Positions 1 through 10,300 of a DNA stretch of 46,305 nt are shown piece after piece. Each line of letters opens with the position of its first letter. Position 1 is the first letter of the stretch. The notes under the pieces are model-generated. The model searched no databases, was not told the origin of the DNA, and saw nothing but the letters and a program-made list of their open reading frames with translations. Source of the stretch: Fonticula alba ATCC 38817 (lineage: Eukaryota > Protista > Nucleariida); the NCBI GenBank assembly GCA_000388065.2, contig KB932201.1. One strand, 5' to 3'. Position numbers and translations under genes: made by a program.

Positions 1-1074
1 CCCCCCCCCCCCCGCTGGCCCCCGGCTGAAAGTGTCGCGTTGTTCGCCCGTCGGGGTGTGGCTGGCGCACAAAGTCGGCGGATGGGTCGGCGCGCATCGG
101 CTATGGGTGGCCACGCGCGTCCGCTCGAGGCCATCGTGGGACCGATCCGGTGCGAGCGAGAAGTCATCCTGCTCGGCCCCGGCGGCCTCGGCCCTCGGCT
201 ATTCCTTTATTGTTGGCCGCGGCACGGGAATGCGCGAGGCGAGGGCCGTCGTGTGGCCATTGCCCCAGCCCCCGGCGTCGGCTTTTCCGGCTGCGCCTCG
301 GCCACGGAAGGCGCCGGCCGTCGGGGGCGGCTCCGGTGGGGATCTTCCAGGGCGAGAAGGATGTTCATGCTGAGTTCGCACTCTGCAAGCGGCTGGGGAT
401 GATACCTACCCCCGCTCGTCCCCCCCCCCCCCCCCCCCCCCCCCAACCGTCGGCGAAATGAGGCAGTAATGCGTGTGAGCAAAGACGGGACACTTACGTG
501 TCCTCAGGCCGATTAAGCCGCGTCGGCGGTGACTGGCTCGACTTCGGGGAACGCGCACGAGGCTGAAGGATCCACAAATACAGAACTCGAATTTCGTGCG
601 TGTGCCACCGGAAGAACATCATTTGGAACACCATTTCCGGGCAACCACTGTTGTTGGCTCCCCCGGCTTGGGACCGCGGATTGGTGGGCGGCATCCAGGG
701 CGCGGGGCCCATCGGGCTCACACGGCAGTCGGCCGAAGGGCTCTCCAAGTCAGCCCGTGTGGAGGGGGAGACATGAGGGCCTGGGCGTTGTCTGGCTGCT
801 GGAGCCGGCCCCCGGGGTCTGGCCGGCGGCGGGGGAGGCACAACCGGCGAGCTCTCGCGTGTGTGGCGCTCTGGCGCGGCGCACCCGGACGGCGGAGGCG
901 GAAACCGCAGTGTGAGGCATGGCGTGTTCCCGCGTGTGTGGAGGCGCAGGTGTCCCCCCCCACCCCCTCGCCCGCACGTACACGCCCGGTTGTCCCCACC
1001 TCGGTCCGCACTCCTCCATTTCGCCAGAGCGCCGCCAGGACACAGAGGCCGCCCGGTGGGGGCCCGGGCGCCGG

Positions 1075-1081
1075 TATAAAA
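1075..1081 (+). promoter_or_regulatory. TATA box, probable RPS15A promoter
   Basis: TATAAAA at 1075-1081, followed by a short pyrimidine-rich stretch and a GTACGC donor at 1161 that matches the donors of other genes here. Confidence 0.55.
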
Positions 1082-1160
1082 GGCCGACTCCTGCGGTGCC
1101 AACTTCCCCGAGCGACGGACCTCTTCGATTGTTTTCCGTGTTTCTCCATCCGGTTCACCG

Positions 1161-2659
1161 GTACGCCCTCTTTTGCCCGGCTCCCTCCCCCAAATCTCCG
1201 CCCTCTCGGCGGCCGGTGGCACCGGCGGCGGATGCTTCTTCCTGAAGCTGCATCCGACCCCTGTCCGCTGTGCCCCTTCGTGACTCTGCCTCTCTCCCCC
1301 CCCCGAGCCTCGATGTGCCGTGCCTCCTCTCGGTCATCGCGCCGCTCCACCGCGCGTCAAGCACATGCCTTCCTCTTCCACTGGACACCTTCCTGGGAAA
1401 AACCGCCGACGGCGTGTCTGACCTCCTGGGGATCCCCTCGTATACACCAACGAGAGGGCCCAGGCAGACCGCCCGACGCCTCCGGGTAGATCCTCTCGCA
1501 CAGCTGTGCGCATGAGTGCAAGTGAGCAGATGGGGCAGTTGCGCGTGCGTGTGTGCTCGTCCGTGTGTCTCCTCGCGCGTCCATCCCGCGGCAAGGTCGG
1601 TCTCCTCTTTGTGTGCAGGCATCTTGTCGAAAGTATCCTCGCGCGCTGATCTCCCCTTTGCAGTCCACCTCCCTGGAGCATAGCCCACCCTCTGTGGCTG
1701 TGGCTTCCTTGGGTGTGTGTGTGTGCTCCCACTGCAAATGGTGTCGCGTGTCCGCTTGGTGCTTCGTCGAGTATGTGTATGCCCTCACGGATGAGATCTG
1801 TCTTCTCCTTGCGCGCGCTGGGTGCACGCGCGTGTGTGTTTGCACATGGTCGTGTATGCTCGCACTTGCTCCTGTCCTCGCTGTCTCTTTTGCCCTTGTG
1901 CACGCTTCTTGTGTTGGGTTGGTTTCTTTCCTGGGGCGGATGTCTGTCGGTGTGGTTTTCCCGGGGGGGTGGCTGTGGGGGCCGGGCGCGCCCGTGCCCC
2001 GGTCGGGTGGTGGTCGTGTAGTGTCCCTCGTGCGCCCCATGGTCCCCTCTCTCTCTCTCTTTCTCTGCTCCTCTGTATTCCGGTCTGAATGTGTGTGTGT
2101 GTGCTCCCTGCTCTGGTAGCAGGGGGCCGCGCATTTCCACCTCCGCCGGTTGTCATGTGTGAGTGGGGGAGCTTTCAAAGAGCGAGAGAGAGAGGCATGC
2201 GGGCGCTCGCGGTCCCACGAGCACTTCCTCCCCGTGGTCGAGTGATGGGGAAGGACGCGCGGGGCCGTGTGCGAGTGCCAGGGGGGTCGTGTCCCTCATG
2301 GCACCTGGCGGGGTTTACACTCCCCTGCCAGGGTGCAGCAGAGGGACGGGGCTGTGTAGAGTCCGGCTCCATTCGTGTCTTGCTGCATTGCTCTTCCTCT
2401 CTCCCCAGAGGGGCACGCGCGCATGGCACGGGTGTTCCGCCTCACTCCCCCGGCCTTTTGGCCTTTGTCCTTTCTTCTCGTGTGTGGCGGGTCCCATGCT
2501 CCGGAGGCACCCCTCAAAGCCTTGCTCCCTGGACGCATGGTCCCTCGCCTCTTTCCCCCCCCCTCCACACTTGGCGTGCTTTTCCCCTTCCACACACACA
2601 GGAGCCACTGACACCCCTTCTTCTCTTGCTCGTGTTCCTCCCTGTTCCCCCTTTTGCAG
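1161..2659 (+). other. Probable 1.5-kb 5'UTR intron of RPS15A
   Basis: Donor GTACGC at 1161; pyrimidine tract plus TTTTGCAG acceptor ending at 2659, 15 nt before the ATG at 2675. The acceptor is clear; the donor assignment is inferred. Confidence 0.55.
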
Positions 2660-2674
2660 TCGTAATCCGTCACA

Positions 2675-3067
2675 ATGGTCCGCATCTCCGTCCTCGCCGA
2701 TACCCTCAAGTCCATCAACAACGCCGAGAAGCGCGGCAAGCGCCAGGTCCTCGTCCGCCCCTCCTCCAAGGTCGTGGTCAAGTTCCTGACCGTCATGCAG
2801 AAGCACAACTACATTGGCGACTTCGAGGTTGTCGATGACCGCCGCGCCGGCAAGATCGTCATCAACCTCCTCGGCCGCATCAACAAGTGCGGTGCCATCT
2901 CCCCCCGCTACGACATCAAGCTCAACGAGATCGAGCGCTGGGTCTCCTACCTGCTGCCCGCCCGCCAGTTCGGTTTCTTCGTCATCACCTCTTCCGCTGG
3001 TATCATGGACCACGAGGAGGCCCGCCGCAAGAACGTTGGTGGCAAGATCCTCGGCTTCTTCTACTAA
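2675..3067 (+). CDS. RPS15A: 40S ribosomal protein S15A/S22 (uS8), 130 aa, no intron in CDS
   Basis: [38 protein letters not shown]...[22 protein letters not shown] is the recognisable uS8 sequence at full length, with strong C-ending codon bias. Confidence 0.99.
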   Translation: MVRISVLADTLKSINNAEKRGKRQVLVRPSSKVVVKFLTVMQKHNYIGDFEVVDDRRAGKIVINLLGRINKCGAISPRYDIKLNEIERWVSYLLPARQFGFFVITSSAGIMDHEEARRKNVGGKILGFFY

Positions 3068-4312
3068 GCAGCCCCGGTCTGTTGTGTGCCCGCCCGCCCG
3101 CGTGCGCGCGCATGCGCCGTGCTGCGTGAGCGCCGGATGAAAGCACCGTGCTCGCATGTGTGTGCTGCCCTCCCCCGCCACTTCTCATCGCGCTCGCCCG
3201 ACGACACGCGCCGCATGTGTGGCACCATCCGTCGTCAGAGACATCCCATATACATGAGCGCGTCCGTGCGCGCGCCCCCCGTCCGTGTTCCCCCTCCCGG
3301 ATATGGTGTGTGTGCGCATGCGTCCCCACAAAATATATACTGATGGCACTCGACACTACCCCCCCCCCGCACGCGCTCCGCCGCACCTGTGTGTCTCTCC
3401 CCTTCCCTCCTTCTGTGGAGGTGTCTGCCTCGCTGTTCTTGTTTCGGAGCATGTGGCCGATGTGGCCTTCGGATCGCGGGTGCTGGTGTTGAGCATGTCA
3501 CTCTTCCAGAATGCACACACTGCACCTCGCGAGGCCGAGATCGTGCCGCCCATCGGCCATGCTCGATCTGGAGAACGCGCGGTCTGAGCACACGGGGGGA
3601 GGGGCGGTGGGCGTCGTCTCGCGAGTTCCGCGCGTATGCACGCGCATTAGCCGCCGCTGCCCGGCGAGATCCGGTGCCTGCACTTGCGCGCGTGTCCCGC
3701 CTGGTGGCCCTGTGTGCCCTCTCCTCCCCAGCCCCCCCTTCCTGCCTTGTGAGGCCCCAGCCTTCCCCCTTCCTGTCCTTGTTCCTCGCCCTTTGTACCA
3801 TATTCCGCCTGATCTGCCGCTGCTGTGTACCACCCCTCCTGTGTGTGTGCGTGTGTGTCTGCGCATGCGCGTCGCAGTCGGTGTTCCTGGATGCGCGCCT
3901 GGTGTGTGTCCCCCTCTCTTCCCCCGATGATGAAATACAGCATCCTCTCTTCCGCGCTCCTCCTTGCTGCGTCCATCGTGGGGCATCCCACCTCCTGCCC
4001 GGGGGGGGGGGGTTGGGCGAAATTCGCCTGGCATGTCGAATGGGACACCGCCTGCACCCCCCCCCCTGCCGCCCTTCTTTCGGCAGAGTGGATGCCTGTC
4101 GCAGTGTGTTCCTGCAGGCCGGTCTCTCTCTCGGTCCGGCACTTGTGCTATGGATGCGGGGTCTATTGTACTTTTATTTGGAAGGGGAAAGTTCCACCGC
4201 GTGCCTGCATATGGTGGGAACACAAAAAGGAAGGGAGCCGCCTCTGGGCGCGTGCAATCCCTCGCACTGGTGCACGGCCTGTGCGAGGGCACACACACAC
4301 ACACACACTCGA

Positions 4313-7300
4313 TCACTTCTTCTCAGAGCGCCTGGAAAGTGAGCGGAACATCCCGCTGATGGATCGCCTGCTGGAGGAGGTGGAGGCCGTGCTCGGGGTG
4401 GGTGACGGGGCACGGTCGACACTCGGCGAGGATGGCGCATCCTGCGAAGCGCCCGGCAGGGTCAGCAACTCGGTGGCCGGGGCAGCGGCAGCAGGCGCCG
4501 GAGCGGTGGTCAAGGTCGCCGAGGACTGGCCCGGTGTCGCGGTCGCGGCAGGCGCCTGCTCCGTGGTTGGGGCCGGGACAGGCGCAGGCTCCTCAGCCGG
4601 GGGATCGGGCAGCTCAATGCGGATGGTGGGGCTAGCCACGAAGGGGGAGGAGGGTGCAGGGGCGGCGGCGGCGGCGACGGCCGGCGGAGCCGTCGTCTCA
4701 TCGGCGTCGATCACCAGCCGGAAGCTGCCCGACGCGGCGAAGGCCGTCTGGTCGGCCGCCGGGGCCGTCGCAGCAGCGGGGACCGGGGCGGCCACCGCCG
4801 GCACCGGCGGGAGCTGGTCACCGGCGTTCAGGACCGGCAGGTCCACGCTGAGCGGTGACCGAGCCATCGGCGGCGGGCTTGACGGCAGGGTCAGGCTGTC
4901 GCCATTGCTAGCCACTCGCATGGTGGCCCGGCGAGAAAGACTCCCGGCGATGGGGGAACTGGAGGAGGCTTCCACCTCGGCCAGTGGGGCCAGGGCCGCC
5001 TCCATGAGCTTGGAGATGTCGAACGGGGCGGCCGAAGGGGCCAGCTGCCGGGCAGGAGCAGGCCCGGGCATGGGAGCCGGCTCCGGCATCTCGGCCGGCT
5101 CGTCGTCCGGCTCGGCGACAATGGCCGCCGGGGCCTCAGCCACCGGGGCCACACACGTCACACCCCGCAGGAAGGTGGACATCGGCCGATCGGCCAGCGG
5201 CTCGAGGCTGATGTTGAGGACGAGACGCGGCGCATGGCCCGGGGCCGGGCGCCGGGAGGGGTCCGACAAAGACACACCGCCGAAGGGCAAATTCGTCGGG
5301 CGCAGGCGGACCGTGCGAGTGCCAGGCAGCAGATTGGCCACACAGATGGTAAATTCACCAAGTGTATCGGACGGGGCCGGGGCCGTGGCCGTGGCATTGT
5401 CGCTGTTGTTGCTGCTGCCGGTGCTGGTACTGCTGGACGCGGATGTCCCATGGACCGTGAACCGGAGGAGACTGTTCTCCGGCGCGACGGCCAGCGTCTC
5501 GAAAGACTGGTCAGCCCACTGTAGCCGGCGGGGAGCGAGTGGATGGGTGGGAGGAGGACGATTGCGCGTCCATGGGGGGGGGGGGGGGGACCAAAGGGGA
5601 GGAGGAGGAGGAACCAGATGGACATTGTACGTTAGAAGTGGCAAGAGGAGCGAGATGGCGGATGTAAATAAGGGCCAGTGGGGGGAGGCGCGCATCAGCA
5701 CCGGCGCACCATGTACGAGCCCAGCAGCCCGATCGAGCTGCCCGGGCTACTCAAGTGGCTGGATGTGTTGAGGCCGGCCATTTCCAGCTGCACGGCCGGG
5801 GCCCAGCGGCTGCTGCGGGATCTGGACCGACGCGCGGCGCGCGCATGCCGCGCAAACCCGTACGCGGCCAGGAGGCGGATGCGGACAACGGTCACGCCGA
5901 CCGGGCGCTCCAGCAGAGCATCCAGCGTCTCCGGCGCCAGAGGCCCAGTTAGGGGAACCTCCGGCCGGTACGCCAGAGGCTTGAGGACATACCCGCAGCC
6001 GCCATTGTCGGCGAACTTGCCCCGGTTCAGGTGGTTCGCCCGGTCCGGCCGCTGGGCATTCAGAGCCACCATCGGCACGCCGGTGGCCCACATGAGCGAC
6101 GGGTCGAAGTTGCTCGAATCGAAGCGCATGCCATCGGGATAGATGCGCGCGAAGCGATGCTGCGCGAAGCTGAACAGCAGGGGGAAGGAGAAGCGCGCCA
6201 TCTTGAAGGCCTTCTTTTCCGGGATGGACACCATCTCATAGCAGCGGCTGCCATCGCGCGCCTGCGTCAGTGAAGGGAAGTGAGAGGCCTTGGTGTAGAC
6301 CACGATGTCGCTAATCTCCCGGGAGGCCTTGTCAGTGGGCTGCGTCGGCTGCCCGCGCGACTCGTGTGCCTTGTTCTTGATGATGATCTTCCCACGCAGC
6401 TCTTCCGGCGAGGGGAGCTCCGCGGGGTTCTTCTCCCAGAAGCCAGCTATCAGGCACGCGACGCATTTTGTCAGTCTTGGCGGAGGAGGAAGAGGGGGGG
6501 AGGAGGAGGGGGAGGTGTGGCGAGGCGTGCGTGACGGATTGACGAGGGAAGGTCGAAGGAAAAAAAAGGAGCAGGGGAGAGGATTCACTTCTCTCCACCG
6601 CGCCCAACGCACTCGTGAAGTCCACCATCGAATCGCCGAACACCTCGCGGCAATACTTGACGAAGGTGCGCTGCTGCGAGTGGCCCAGATGGTTCTCCAG
6701 ACTCAAGATCAGGGGATAGTCCGTGGTTACGAAAGCCGACCGGGCGATCTCCTCCAGGACCAGACGTGCACGAATGCGTGACGTCAGGGTGTAGCCATGG
6801 TAGATGAGCGGCTCACCGCGCGGGCCTTCCCACAGATCCAGCTCGATACAGCGACAGCCGGAGATAAGCGACTTGCGGTAAGCCTCAGTGGTACTGTTGG
6901 ACTGATGGCCGGGGCAGTAGCAGCAGCAGTGGCAGCAGCAGCAGCAGCGGGGACAGCGACAGGAGTATGTGTAAGTACGCGCACGTGTGCATGCGGCTAT
7001 GGCAAGAGCGACGCAGGGCGAGGAGACATATAGGTGCATGCGCAAATCACAGCATACCTTCAGCTGATCGCCCTCCAGGTAGGTATTGTGCGAGGAATCG
7101 ATAAAGTAGTGTGACAGGGGCCGGGTCATGTCCTGGTAAACGGTGGTCGCGTGAACCGGGTTCATGATGGTGCTCTGACGACCAAGCAGAAGGTTGGCGA
7201 AGCTACGCGAGCATGGCAGGAGGAAGAGGAGGTAGGGAGAAAGGGAGGGAAAGGCGGGAAGTGCACGCCACTCCGGTTAGCATGCATGCTGACAGATGGG

Positions 7301-10300
7301 GACAGAGAAAGAGGGGGGCGAGGGAAAGGAGAAGAGAGACTAGGAGCCCCCCCTCCCCCCTCCCCCCCCCCCACTTGCCAATGGCAAGGTAACATACCCG
7401 AAGATGGTCAATAGGCCGTCGGCCGTGGTGGCACAGAATCGGCCGAATACGCGCTCGGCCGGAGTCCAGGTGCGCTCGCCATCCTGCAGCATATCGTCCT
7501 GGTCACTGCCAATACGAACCGGGTCGAAAGACCCATCGGCCGGCTGGTTCTTCTTCGACCGACCGGGCCAGCGCAGGGAAGAGCCCCGGCTTTCGGCCGG
7601 AGCACCGCCAGCAGCATTGGCACCACCCCGTGGCTTGGCCACCGACAGGGACCGCGACAGCGGCTCACCGCTGTGAACCCGCGCCGCGCGCCGGGCATTG
7701 ACCTCATTAACCTCATACAGCCAGAGAAGCACGGCGTCGATGTCCGCCGGCAGGGGCAGCTTCGTGTCCAGACCAAGCGACCGACTGAGTGCCTGCTCGG
7801 TATTGGCGGAGGCGGACGCGGCGGCCTGAGTGGTGCTCGGTCCCGAGGGCGCCTGGAAGATGGCAGGCGACCCGCCGCCAAGGGCCGTCAGGCCAACGGC
7901 CTGCTGCTCGCGGGCCAGGAAATTCCGCAGCTCCACAATGGTCATGGACTCGCTCTGCGGACAGGCCCGAGCATACCTCAAGAAGAGCGCGTAAATGGGC
8001 CCAAGCGCCGGACAGTAGAGAGCCTCCACCACGCGCAAGAACGCCTCAAAGTCCATGGTGACCGTGTTGGCAGCCACCGCCGCCGGAGCAGCAGTCACCA
8101 GGCTACGCAGATCCCGCCGCCGGTAGAGGGCCGCCTGCACGGAAGCCGCATCCGGCCCGGCCACCGCCGGCAATAGGCGTGCCACCAGCATGCAGAGTTC
8201 ATCACCATCGCGCGGGGGCTCGCGGCCACGCACGGTCTCCGCATCCCAGTAGGTTCGCAGGGCGGCCACTGTGGCCGGGCCCAGGCGCAGGGTTTCCGAC
8301 ACGAGGGTCTCGTCGCCGGTGGCATCGAAGATGGACACGGAGTCTTGCATCGACGAGACGGTCGAGATGGAGGAGATGGCCGACGCCGCGTCGTCGAAGT
8401 CCTCCTCCCCTGCCGGGGTTGCCGACGTCTCGCTGTCAAGGATCTTGAGTGCGACGTCGAAGATTTCCGGCACATGGAACTTGGTCCGCGAGCTGACAGC
8501 TACATATGATGCGCGCATCAGTCACATGTGCAGGGGCAGGAGCGACACCATTAGAACACGCGCCCGAGGGAGACAGCAGGGCGAGGGGGCAAAGCAAGTT
8601 GTCAGGGCCGAGGGCCGAGGGCCGAGGGCCAGGCCACTTATCCGCCTTGAAGGCACGCACCACCAGAGACACCGAGCTCCGAGGCGGCAACCACCACGCG
8701 GGCCAGGTCGCCCTCGGCTTCGGCACGGGCCAGCGTACGCTTGACCGCGGCCAAATCCTCATCCTGGGCATTCCCGGCAGCCGGAGCAGAGGCCCCAGCC
8801 GAGGCGGCAGCTGGGGAGGTGGGCTGCTTGTTGGAAGAGGGTCAGATAACCATACGAGAGGGCAAGCGGACCGGAAAGCCGCGGGGGGAGGAAACAGGAA
8901 AGACGCACCACCGCGCCTCCGGCCGGGGAAGTGGGACCGGACTCGCGGGCGGCCAATTCACCAAGCTGATTCAGATGCCAGCGTGTGGACTGGGCAATTT
9001 GCTCGAAGACCAACAGGCGACGGCGCCCATCGAGGTACTCCTCGGCACCGGCGTACGTCAAGTCGCTGGGGATGGACTCCGGCTGCTCCTTAACCTGTGG
9101 CGTCAGAGGAGGGCACAGTACGTGTGTGTATGTGTGTATGCGTGAAGGGAGGAGAGGAGGAGTTAGCAATGGGTCGTGCAAGTTGTGCAAGTCACGCACA
9201 TGGTGGTATGGAGCAAAGGAAAGCAGGCACGCAGGCCAGCAAGTGACGGACCTTCTCGAAGTTGATGAAATCCGCGGGCAGAGGCTGGCCATCGGGCGGA
9301 GGCGGGGAGGGCAGCGAATCGCCCCCTTGCTGGTAGGCCTCCACCAGCCCGCGAATGGTGGGGAACTTGCCAGAGACGGAGGCCGTGGCGGCCGGGTCGC
9401 CCGACTGCAGGCCGTACAGACGCCCCGTGGGTGAGGATTCGTCGTTGCTCGTGGTGATGGGCGCAATCCAATAGCCCGCAGGAACTTGCTTGGTGAAGGT
9501 CCGGCAGATGAGCTGGTACCCGTGCGAGTCGTCGTCGCGATCCCGGAAGACGAAGAACACCCGCGGGGTGTCGGCCGTGTCGGCAGCCGCCGGCGCCGTC
9601 GTCGAGGAGGGAGAGGTGGCCGAATTCTGGCCCCAATGCTTCAGCAGCAGGACCGCCTCGGCCCGGCTAAGGGGGACCTCATGCAGGAGCCAGGGGGCAT
9701 CCTGGTCGGGAACCACATCGCCGGCGATGGCCAGCGATGGCATGCCATCCTCTGCAGCCGCGGCCACCGTGGCCGCGACCTCGGTTGGGGCTTCGTGCGA
9801 TGCCGAGTGTCAGGGCAAGAGGACGATAAAAGGGCGAATGCACCGAGCATGAGCATGTGCGAGCAGAGATCCACGCGTACAAAGAGTTTCCCCGGCCGAG
9901 AGAAGCGCGGCCACGGCATTCAGCACGTTCTCCGAGGCACCCTCCAGAACCGAGGGCAAGGGCCGGTCAGTGGGAAGTTTGTGCTTCGGAGTCGGGGGCA
10001 TAGGCTCATCCAGGTCCGGGCCACCATCGAGGTACTCCAGGTTGTCATAGACTGTGTGTTGCCGGCGCGCAGGTGAGGGAGCGATGTCAATGGTGCCGCC
10101 AAAGGGAAAGGGAGATGGGGAGGGGAGACGGGGAGGGGGGAGAGGGAAACAGCAGGTGCAGCAAGGCGCGGGGCATGGGATGGGGAGATGGTCAAATCGC
10201 GGCAGATGCCAAGATGGCTGCGGTATACGCACTGTCATAGCCGAAGGAGGCTCGCAGGTCACGAAGACACCACACCCGGCGCTTGTAGTAGATGACACGC

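Noticed and set aside
207-1222. Possible two-exon minus-strand gene using a GTAAGT donor near 500
   Set aside because: Phases are compatible, but the product has no recognisable features, the intron is G-rich on the sense strand, and GTAAGT is not used by any of the 33 supported introns here.
3927-3933. ATGATGA box C motif suggesting a C/D snoRNA
   Set aside because: No CTGA box D within a plausible distance downstream.
3825-5771. 648-aa plus-strand ORF
   Set aside because: Mostly the antisense shadow of the Ala/Pro-rich last PLC exon.
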